Origin: Edaphobacter aggregans
GTDB taxonomy: Bacteria; Acidobacteriota; Terriglobia; Terriglobales; Acidobacteriaceae
Assembly (NCBI RefSeq): GCF_003945235.1
Contig: NZ_RSDW01000001.1
Coordinates: 4,980,001 to 5,012,000 of the forward strand
DNA length: 32,000 bases
Direction: 5' to 3'
A model generated the notes under the pieces. That model was not told the DNA's origin and ran no database searches. It was given only the letters and a program-made list of their open reading frames with translations. Below are positions 8,690 to 17,000 of this stretch, in pieces (within the stretch, counting starts at the first letter, position 1; each line of letters begins with the position of its first letter). The position numbers and the translations under genes were made by a program.

Positions 8690-8869
8690 TTTTGATTTTA
8701 GGAACTCTGACAGCTTCTTTCAGGAGTATTCAAAGCGTTCCCATCCTATCACCGCTCAATGTCTAGTCAACGTTGTAGCAAAGTTTCGCCTGACACTATT
8801 GTGTTATTTCAAGTCTGGAATCCTGTTTTCTCGAACTAGGCCCAATTTCCGAATCGGAAGATGATGCCC

Positions 8870-8896
8870 AGAAGGACCTCGATGCGGGGTCCTTCT
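8870..8896 (+). other. Orphan 9-bp-stem hairpin in an AT-richer intergenic region
   Basis: AGAAGGACC-TCGATGCGG-GGTCCTTCT followed by TCCGTTTG. No convincing upstream plus-strand CDS, so it could terminate a small transcript. Confidence 0.3.
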
Positions 8897-9028
8897 TCCG
8901 TTTGTAGCTCCCCCAAAATCTGCTTTATCCCAACGGAACGTGCGGGCTGACTGGCAACAGGAAACGCACGATCTCTGATGTTCACCGCGGCAATCTCTGC
9001 CCACTCGATCCGAAACGAGGTTACTTCC

Positions 9029-9415
9029 ATGCATACACAACGTCGCTACTCCAAACGGGAGCTGCTCGGCCGACTCCGTATCGACTACCTCTTCTCCAAC
9101 GACCAGCTCCCCGGAATCACCCCGGAGTCCTCGCGCTGGGAAGTGCTTGCTGCTTTCCTTAAAGCCGGGGACGCCCGAGCGGAACGCCTAATTGAGACCG
9201 AAGGTGGAATGATCTTCCTGCAAAGTATTCCCAAGCGGCCGAATACGGGAGCGATCTATGTTTACAACGAATCGCTTCGCGTCTTCCTCTGGCTCCGGTT
9301 CGACAGGGACGACGACCTGAACGGCCCCGACTTCGACCGTGCTGTGTGGGCGTACCGCCTGCTGAAGTGGGTCGACCTGGGGAGCGATCGTCTGGTCCGG
9401 GTCGGACACGCCTGA
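9029..9415 (+). CDS. Hypothetical protein (128 aa)
   Basis: ATG 9029 is preceded by ACGAGG. Normal protein-like composition; no motif recognised. Confidence 0.5.
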   Translation: MHTQRRYSKRELLGRLRIDYLFSNDQLPGITPESSRWEVLAAFLKAGDARAERLIETEGGMIFLQSIPKRPNTGAIYVYNESLRVFLWLRFDRDDDLNGPDFDRAVWAYRLLKWVDLGSDRLVRVGHA

Positions 9416-9536
9416 GAGACCGCGCTTCCATTTCGGAGCCTCGTGATGGGAGAAAGACCGCACTATACGAAGAGTTTTTCTCCCATTTGACTGAATTTCA
9501 GATCCACCCTAAAACACTCAGCGAAAGGAGCAAACC

Positions 9537-10544
9537 ATGTCAGCCGCCACATCGACACCCTGGATTCCACCCAGACCGACTCCCGAGATTCTGCGTGTTG
9601 ATCCGGCGTTGATTCCCGAATACATGGCGTGGTTTGTGAACCGCAGTGCCTACACCCGCCAATCCATCAATCCCAATCCGGATAACGGGCGCTACTACTA
9701 TTACCAGCCAATGGAACGGCTGACGCGGACGCGCCTGGCGCTGAATGACGCCACTGTGCGAAAGCACCTCAGTGGGATCCAGACCATCGGCCTGTACGCC
9801 ATCAATCCGGAGACGCAACGCTCGAAGTGGGTGGCGATCGACGCGGATTATTCGCGGGCGCATCGTGACTTAGCCGCGCTGAAGCTGGAGCTCAAGGAAG
9901 ACGGAGTAACGGCCTCCCTCGAGATGTCCCGGCGTGGAGCTCATCTCTGGATCCTGTGCGAAGAACCCCTGCCGGCGAAAGATTGCCGTATCTATATATA
10001 CAATCTCGCGCTCCGGCTGGGGGTTCCGATCAAAGGGACTCTGAATCAGTTAGACGGAATCGAGATCTTCCCCCGGCAGGACGAATTGCGCGAAGGGGAG
10101 TTCGGTAACGCCATCCGAGCCCCGCTCGGTGTGCATCGGGCAAACATGCATCGCTACTGGTTTGAGGAGGCTGCGCCGGACCTGGTTTCCCAGTTCGCTT
10201 ACCTGCGTAGTCTCAAACGACTCACGGCGGCAGAGTTGACGACGTTCACCGAAGGACTCACCATCCCCGAGGGGTTTCAGTCGCGGTTCAAGGGCGAGCA
10301 ACCAACCGTCTCATTCGATTCCGCAAATGGGTTTCAGATTCTTGAACACGTCCAGGTCAAGAGGAAGGCAAGCAACAACTGGTGGACACGATGTCCTTCC
10401 TGCGCCCAGCAAGGTCACGACCGGAGCGGAGATAACCTCGCCATCTCGGTCGGAGATCCACGTTTCTACAAGTGCTGGGCAGGATGCACGAAAGAAATGA
10501 TTCGGGAGGCTCTCGGTGTCCCGATTCGTCAACGCTCGCTGTAA
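9537..10544 (+). CDS. AEP-superfamily primase-polymerase with C-terminal Cys-rich zinc-binding module
   Basis: AAAGGAG RBS. Catalytic-type motifs WVAIDADY (DxD, nt 9840-9848) and SRRGAHLWIL (nt 9927-9950), plus IEIFPRQ ... IRAPLGVHR. C-terminal CPSC-x4-H ... C-x3-C (nt 10392-10487). Confidence 0.7.
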   Translation: MSAATSTPWIPPRPTPEILRVDPALIPEYMAWFVNRSAYTRQSINPNPDNGRYYYYQPMERLTRTRLALNDATVRKHLSGIQTIGLYAINPETQRSKWVAIDADYSRAHRDLAALKLELKEDGVTASLEMSRRGAHLWILCEEPLPAKDCRIYIYNLALRLGVPIKGTLNQLDGIEIFPRQDELREGEFGNAIRAPLGVHRANMHRYWFEEAAPDLVSQFAYLRSLKRLTAAELTTFTEGLTIPEGFQSRFKGEQPTVSFDSANGFQILEHVQVKRKASNNWWTRCPSCAQQGHDRSGDNLAISVGDPRFYKCWAGCTKEMIREALGVPIRQRSL

Positions 10545-10560
10545 ACACAAGGAGATCACA

Positions 10561-11202
10561 ATGGACACGAAGCTCGCGACCATGGCCCTGCGCGGCCTGA
10601 CCTTGCCAGAACCGACCCGGAAGGAGATACGGAAGACAGGTGTCTACTGCCGCGCCACCATTCAGCTGGTTTATCAGCAACAGTCCCGTCGATGGGCGCT
10701 GCGCGGCGAGGAGGCGGGCGGGGCAGTCGCGAGCATCGGACACTACGTCGGGTTCACTGGCGCAGACGGTCAACCTCTTCCATGGACGCAGCGTATCCAG
10801 AACTTCATGCCCAATGGAGTCCACGCGGTCGTCATCGCCCCGGAGCTGTGGCGGGTGGAGATGTTCCGCTACGAGAACACCTATGATGTGCTGATTACCC
10901 GGCACACTCTTTCCCCTCACTCGAACACACGTCCACATATCGAAAGCAAGATTCTCTTCTTTCGCCGGGCCGGAACTCTTACGACCGAGCTGTGGGGGAA
11001 AGACTCTGCTTTCCGTGGCGGTGCTGTGCCCAGCTTCTTCAAGAAGAATGGGGAAGAAGAACCTCCGCCGGCCACGTTGCTCGATGCGCTTCTGAAAGTA
11101 ACGGAAGCAGTATGCTGCGTCGGGTGCAAGCACTCCCACCTGCTCGAGATGGGTGCGCAGCCCTGTCACTTGAAACTCAGCTTCGCAGAAGTGGGAGTCT
11201 AG
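10561..11202 (+). CDS. Hypothetical protein (213 aa)
   Basis: AAGGAG lies 7 nt upstream of ATG 10561, placed between the primase and ssb. No motif recognised. Confidence 0.55.
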   Translation: MDTKLATMALRGLTLPEPTRKEIRKTGVYCRATIQLVYQQQSRRWALRGEEAGGAVASIGHYVGFTGADGQPLPWTQRIQNFMPNGVHAVVIAPELWRVEMFRYENTYDVLITRHTLSPHSNTRPHIESKILFFRRAGTLTTELWGKDSAFRGGAVPSFFKKNGEEEPPPATLLDALLKVTEAVCCVGCKHSHLLEMGAQPCHLKLSFAEVGV

Positions 11203-11282
11203 CTTCAACGAAATGTGGAATCACGGCGACAACATCGCCGTGCAGTAAGAATGCAGGCAAATCGCACAAGAAAGGAAACAAC

Positions 11283-11774
11283 ATGCCCAAAGGAGTAAAC
11301 AAAGTAACGTTGCTCGGCCACGTAGGCAAGGACCCCGAGATCCGCGCCACACAAGGCGGCACCACCGCCGCAAACTTTTCCCTCGCAACCTCCGAACGCC
11401 ACAGGGAAGGCGAAGAGTGGGTGGATCATACCGAATGGCACAACCTCATAGCCTTCCAACGGACAGCTGAACTCGTCCGCGACTACGTCAAGAAGGGATC
11501 GCAGATCCTCATTGAGGGCAAGCTGCAAACGCAGTCCTGGGACGATAAAGAGTCTGGTCAAAAGAGGTACAAGACCGTGATTCTGATTAGCGATCTGGTA
11601 CTGCTTGGCGGCGGCCAGGAACGAGAGAACGGCAACGGTGGGTCCCAAACAATTTCGAATAGCGCCAACGCAGGGAAGGGTAGCGGTTCTTCTAACAGCC
11701 GAAAGCAAGGCTACAGTCAGCGCCACGAAGATTACGGCGATCTCGGCATCACTGATGCAGACGTGCCCTTTTAA
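11283..11774 (+). CDS. ssb: Single-stranded DNA-binding protein
   Basis: OB-fold N-terminus MPKGVNKVTLLGHVGKDPEIR...TEWHNLIAFQRTAELVRDYVKKGSQILIEGKLQTQSWDDK, a Gly/Ser/Asn-rich linker and an acidic tail ending DADVPF. The ORF-track start at 10992 is an upstream extension. Confidence 0.9.
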   Translation: MPKGVNKVTLLGHVGKDPEIRATQGGTTAANFSLATSERHREGEEWVDHTEWHNLIAFQRTAELVRDYVKKGSQILIEGKLQTQSWDDKESGQKRYKTVILISDLVLLGGGQERENGNGGSQTISNSANAGKGSGSSNSRKQGYSQRHEDYGDLGITDADVPF

Positions 11775-11811
11775 TCCACTCTCGCTCGAGAAGGTGCGTT
11801 ACAGCAATTCA

Positions 11812-11836
11812 GGCGCTCTCAGGAGCGCCATTTTCG
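11812..11836 (+). terminator. Rho-independent terminator after ssb
   Basis: GGCGCTC-TCAG-GAGCGCC followed by ATTTTCGTT. Confidence 0.5.
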
Positions 11837-11903
11837 TTGCCCGAAAAGTATCGGGCGCTCATTAGGAGTCTCCCCTTAATCACTTCAATGAAAGGAATTT
11901 TCA

Positions 11904-12842
11904 ATGCAGAATGAATTCTCGGCCGAGCAACAGAAGCAGTTGCTCGAAAAACTCATCATTCCATTTCATCCCGACGCAATCAGCTGGCGTGTTACTAACA
12001 AGAGCAAAGACGGCAAGCGAGGCTGTGTCATTCCATACGGCGACCAGCGCGCCTACACTGACCGGCTCAACGAAGTCTTCACTCCCGCCGGGTGGACGCG
12101 TGCATATGACGTGACGCCGCTCTCGCCAGTCACCCGCACCAGGAAAAATGTAGCCATTCAGACCGGCAAGGTGATCGTGACCTGCGTCGTAACGATTCAC
12201 GGTCTTGGTTCACACAGCGGAAGCGGTGAGATGTGGGCCGATGACGATAATGCCATGACCCGTGCGGAAGCCCAGGCCTTCAAACGTGCCTGCTGCTGCT
12301 TTGGGCTCGGTCGGTACTTCTACGAATTCGCCGAGATGTGGGTTGATCTGGATGATTATGGCAATCCGCTTCGTATTCCTACTCTTCCCAAGTGGGCGCT
12401 TCCAGCCGGTGTGGTTCCGACAAAGGCCGAGCCGGTGCCTGTCGTCTCCGCGGCGCGGTCGCAGCCGAGCACAGCGAAGACAACGGAGAACGCCAAACTA
12501 GCCGCCTCTGGGTTGGATGCGGGGCTGACGCAACGAATCGAGAGCTTTCGTCAAGTTGTTGGCGACGCTCTCTACTTCGAGGTATTTCGTCGTGGTGGAC
12601 CTGCTCGGAATGCGCGTGAACTGCCCAGCGTGGGTGCCCAAAACTGGGTGGTGAAACAGTTGGAGACCCTCGATCGGGGCATCCAGCGGGTGCGCGTTCT
12701 TGCTGAAGACGTGCACGAGAACGTGTTCTATGGAGTACTCGATGCGCATAGGGTCCAGTCGATCGACAAGATCCCATCCTTCGAAGTCTTGAAGGCAGTT
12801 GTGACTGACCTGCAGAACGCGACACAAGGAGTCGCAGCCTGA
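11904..12842 (+). CDS. Rad52/Rad22-family single-strand annealing protein
   Basis: AAAGGA RBS. N-terminal domain with ISWRVTNKSKDGKRGCVIPYGDQRAYTDRLNEVF...GWT and the diagnostic-looking AEAQAFKRACCCFGLGRYFY block. The C-terminal half is unrelated and variable. Confidence 0.7.
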   Translation: MQNEFSAEQQKQLLEKLIIPFHPDAISWRVTNKSKDGKRGCVIPYGDQRAYTDRLNEVFTPAGWTRAYDVTPLSPVTRTRKNVAIQTGKVIVTCVVTIHGLGSHSGSGEMWADDDNAMTRAEAQAFKRACCCFGLGRYFYEFAEMWVDLDDYGNPLRIPTLPKWALPAGVVPTKAEPVPVVSAARSQPSTAKTTENAKLAASGLDAGLTQRIESFRQVVGDALYFEVFRRGGPARNARELPSVGAQNWVVKQLETLDRGIQRVRVLAEDVHENVFYGVLDAHRVQSIDKIPSFEVLKAVVTDLQNATQGVAA

Positions 12843-12887
12843 ACCCCAACCTACGTCGTTCTGCCCTTTGAGGCAGATACGAAACCG

Positions 12888-12920
12888 GAGCCTGCACTCT
12901 ACCGGAGCGCAGGCTCTTTT
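12888..12920 (+). terminator. Rho-independent terminator after the annealing-protein gene
   Basis: GAGCCTGC (12888-12895) pairs with GCAGGCTC (12909-12916), followed by TTTT. A smaller hairpin CTGCC-CTTTGA-GGCAG lies at 12861-12876. Confidence 0.6.
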
Positions 12921-12946
12921 CTCTTAGCCCCAACCAAGGAAGCCTT

Positions 12947-13186
12947 ATGAGTGTGCACAAGTGCTCGCTCTGCAACCGCCCCGCCGCCTGGCAGATCTGT
13001 GAAGAACTCTTCTGCGAAGTAGATAAAGAAAAGATCGTCGAACGCTTTGGGATCGATATTTTCTCCATGAAGCGTCTGTCCAGCTCGGAGAAGGATTTTA
13101 CCGTCCGCGGCAGATACAAACAGCCTGTCCAAGCAGTTTCTTCGTTTTCGCCGGAGAACTCCAAAAGGAAACAGAGGGCTCGCTAA
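12947..13186 (+). CDS. Small Cys-rich (zinc-ribbon-like) protein, 79 aa
   Basis: AAGGAAG RBS 4-5 nt upstream. N-terminal C-x2-C ... C-x4-C (CSLCNRPAAWQICEELFC); basic tail. Confidence 0.4.
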   Translation: MSVHKCSLCNRPAAWQICEELFCEVDKEKIVERFGIDIFSMKRLSSSEKDFTVRGRYKQPVQAVSSFSPENSKRKQRAR

Positions 13187-13280
13187 TGTACCGACCCTTT
13201 CTGCCCTCCGAGAGAAGGGGCGCATCGCACGCCTGAGTCCGTGCTCAGGTCCTCCCACACCAACAACCAAGGAGAAAGTC

Positions 13281-13484
13281 ATGGCAATCTCTGCTCGTTC
13301 ACGTCGCGGTACGTCTGTATCCTTCTGGCGCAACCACAATGCCATTCAAACCATGATGGCCCAGGCATGCATGCCTGCGCTACGCCCTGTACCCAGAGTG
13401 AAACACGAATTCATCCTTCCGCCCACGTCCCCGATTCGATCGACCAGTGGATCAGCACCGAAGGTCTTCATCGCAAGGGCATAA
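13281..13484 (+). CDS. Possible small protein (67 aa)
   Basis: Strong AAGGAG lies 6 nt upstream of the ATG, and a stable hairpin follows 7 nt after the stop. Composition is not very protein-like. Confidence 0.3.
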   Translation: MAISARSRRGTSVSFWRNHNAIQTMMAQACMPALRPVPRVKHEFILPPTSPIRSTSGSAPKVFIARA

Positions 13485-13490
13485 CGAATT

Positions 13491-13523
13491 GGAGGACAAG
13501 AACTACACAATTCTTTGTCCTCC
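13491..13523 (+). terminator. Strong hairpin (9 + 3 bp with one bulge) after the small ORF; no U-tract
   Basis: GGAGGACAA(GAA)-CTACACAA-(TTC)T-TTGTCCTCC read directly. Confidence 0.3.
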
Positions 13524-14009
13524 GACAAATGTCTCGAAGAAGGCAAAATCGCTCTGCACCGAGCAGGAGGCTCGGTGCTCCGTCAATGCTCTACAGAACG
13601 CAGCATCTTTCCCACGGAGCGCTGTCGATACGGCACTAGAGATTTCTCACCCTTCGACACTCAGATTTGGTCGGTAACTCCCCGAAGACCGACCCAATCC
13701 TCATGAGCTCTTTGTCGACGGAAATATTCATTTCTTCTGTTCACGTGGGTTCAGCCTCGTAGGTGTGATCGAAGAACGATTTTGTCCGCCGGGGACCCCG
13801 GAGCTGCACAAAGCGGTCTTCGCTCTTGAGCGACAAGTATGGCTTCAATATATAAATGAGGCACGTAGTCGAATCGAGCAACAGGTCGTCGACGCCCATC
13901 CCCATCGCGATGAGACGCTTAAGCAATCTCTCTAGGCCCTTTAAAGCTGCTGTTAGAAATCGGATGAAGCCGGTGGTAAAGTCTGTTCATCACCGGAGCG
14001 TAGAGCCTG

Positions 14010-17000
14010 ATGCCATCTGAGCTACTTGCACTGCGGTTTGCGCCGCGCAAACACTATTGTTTGGTCGCAGCATACTCAATCCTTGGCTTGATTTCCGGAT
14101 GCCACCTATTGGTCGCGAGTTCAGTACCTCGGCCGACTTCCTTAGAGGCGCTCCGAATTGGGCTTTCCGAGGATAAACAAGTCCAGCTCGTCAACGGCTG
14201 GGACTCGGCATACGCTTCAGGCGACCTCGAGCTAGTCACCTCAGCGATAGATATGCTCGAGTCGGCACCGCCAACTTTGCGGCGCAGGATCATTGCCCAA
14301 GCGCACAACTCTACAGCTCTTCCGACACTCTTCAAATCATTGCGTCAACAACAGCAGAAGGACCGTCTGGTCAGCGCGCTTTTTCATTACCCGGATCTGG
14401 TCTCTCCACTTAGCAACGTGCTATCGACTGAACTGTTGTCATTGTCTATGACAAGAGAACAACTGCAATATATTACCGACATTGTCGTCTTGCTGAAGCT
14501 GCAACCGTCGCTGCCAGACGACCTCTATCGGCAGCTGGTTACTAAACAGGATTCGATTCAAGACCCGCAGGTTCGAGAAACAATCGGATCGTTGCTCCTA
14601 GCACACTCTGCGTCGCTCAAGAATCAGGATGCTCAAATCCGAGCGTGGCTGAAGTCAAAGAACTCAGATCAACGTGATCTTGCGACTAAATTGCTGATGC
14701 AAGCGGGCGCAAATCTACCGGATGGGATAGTTGACCAGGCGCTAAACGATCCAAATGGTCCACAAGTGGAAGCGATCAGGTACCTCGGAACTCAACCCAA
14801 GCCTCTATCTCAGAACGATTTGAAGATCCTGATTCCGATACTCGCCAAACCGCAGTCGTCAGAGGCTTGGGAGGCAACGTACAGCACCCTTCAGAAAAAG
14901 AATCCCGATTTCATCAGCACCTTTTCCACACAGTACAAGCAGCAGTTCGATGACTGGGCAAAGCTTAAGCCTTCGGTGTTGATTGGAATTCTTCGAACTC
15001 TTCCTGACGACAAGTCAGGTGAAATCGCCACATGGCCCCTCATCGCAAGCAAGGACGACGATTGCAACATCATGATTGCGAATCTGCTTCTATTGCGCCG
15101 TCGTGCTCTGGCCCACATTGATTTCGGTGAAGGATTGTGGATCGTTCTTCAGGGGCCTCAGACCTGCTCCGGATCGCGCGATGGTGAGGCCTCCATCCTC
15201 TTAGACCAAGTGCTCCATGCGAATCCCGTTGCTTTAGCTGAATTATCGACATTTCTTTCTCTGCGGACTCAGGATAGCAACTGGACAAACTTCACTTCTG
15301 GAATAACCAGCCAAACCGGATGGGAAGCTCTCTACAATGACGGTGGCTCTGGAACTTCCGTCCTGCAACTCGCTCTTTCGCCAGCTCTTACGAAACTACT
15401 GTCGAATGGAGACGAGGCTAAAGCACTGGATCTGCTGCGGCTCGGCGTTCCTTTTTCACCACCGATTTTGGGCAACGAGCCGTTCCTAGCTCGGTACCGA
15501 GGCCACACTGCGTCCTTAAAGGACCCCAGCCTCGAAATTCTAGGCCGGTTAGGCCACCTTCCAAAGGAAATCGCGGATGAGATCCGCGACGTCGCTATGG
15601 ATAGGACTAAGCCAACGACGACCCGTCAGATTGCTATCAGAGCGCTAGCGATGTTGGACGATTCTCAAAGCTATGTCGGAGAGTTCGTAAAGATCGCTCA
15701 GGAACCAATCGACCTACCCTCCGCCGCCGCGCTCAACGCGCTAACGGTTGTCTCTCAGTCTGGGTCACCTACCCCATCAGCTGTCTCGCCTTCTGCATCT
15801 TGGCTCGAGTCAGCCGCTGCTGATCCTCTCACACGAGAGGACGCTTCGCGGCTTCTCGAAGTATTGGCACTCAAGAACAGCGCATTTGGTCCGCTGTTGC
15901 TTCGCTCAATGAGCGACATCACAAGCTATCGCTGTTTGGACCTGGCGGTATTGGATCAACTTACACCCAAGCTTTGGCTCACAATTCTGGACGTCGGGCT
16001 CTCGAACGCCGACAAAATCGACAGGGCTCGCACTTGCGTCATGGTGTTGACCGCGAATCAGCCAAAAGCCACTCTAATAAGCTCCGCATTGACAGGGCCA
16101 AGATCACAGAAGGCACCGGAGAGATCATCCGATCGTCTCGCCTTGCTTTCAGGGTTGGACGGGGTGTGGGGTGAGACTCAAGGCCTCAATCGAGTAAGGG
16201 CGGCCGTTGCAAATCAAGTCGATTTGCTGTCTTCATCCCTCCCTTATGGAGTTGAAAGTCAGAAGCAACTTCGGAGCTGGTCAGATCGGTTGAAGAACGA
16301 GTTTCCCGAAGCATCACAGCGTATTAAGGGAGAGGCAACCAAACAAACCGCTGTTCTGGTAATCCTTGGCATCCCGCTCGCTGTAGCTGTCCATTTTCTC
16401 CTGTGGCTCTTACTTCTCTTCGTGTATCCGCGTTCACCAGCAATCCAGTCGGTGATCTTTTGGAATCCTATTGTCCGGAAGCTCTTGGCGCTTGGCTATA
16501 TGGACTTGATCCTGCTTTCAATGCCCTTTGTACGCAGGATCCTTTTTGGCCCGCTCAGCGAGCAAATGTTGGGGGAAGTGCTCCAACCCAACGAGGGCGA
16601 AATGGATCGCGTTGCCTATTTCCCTAAGGGACGAGTGCGCCGGCTCGTTACTGCCCAAGGCCTAGCCGAGAGCACGCCCACTGAAGAGGCCATTCTGACC
16701 GCGCTCGATCCGCTTCGACGACGGACATTGCTACTGGGAATGTCCGGGCTAGGAAAGTCGAGTTACTTGAGGTTTTCCCTTTATCAAAAGGCGCTACGCA
16801 AGGAGTTCTCCGTCTATCTGCCAGCCGCCCGTTGCCTTGGTGGTGTAGAAAGTGCAATCGCCAACCGCGTTGCGCTATTCTCTCAAGACCGTGATCTTTT
16901 ACACTCTCTCATTCATGCGGGTCGCCTTGAGATCTACATTGACGGTTACAACGAAGTAGATACAGCAACACAGGATGAAATCACGAGCTTCGCGGCGATG

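Noticed and set aside
10357-11208. 283-aa minus-strand ORF spanning the primase 3' end and the 213-aa ORF
   Set aside because: It is R/P/G-rich with no RBS and crosses two well-initiated plus-strand genes. This is typical antisense shadow.
12379-13164. 261-aa minus-strand ORF
   Set aside because: It runs straight through a plus-strand terminator hairpin and two plus-strand genes. The composition is extremely R/S/P-rich.
13362-13377. Perfect 16-bp palindrome CAGGCATGCATGCCTG as an operator
   Set aside because: A perfect 16-bp palindrome is expected by chance about 0.5 times in 32 kb (32000 x 4^-8). It is kept only as part of the structured-gap observation.
13741-13926. 61-aa minus-strand ORF upstream of the NACHT gene
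   Set aside because: It has no RBS and no motif, and it contains a 13-nt palindrome. It may be a gene remnant, but that is not supportable as a feature.
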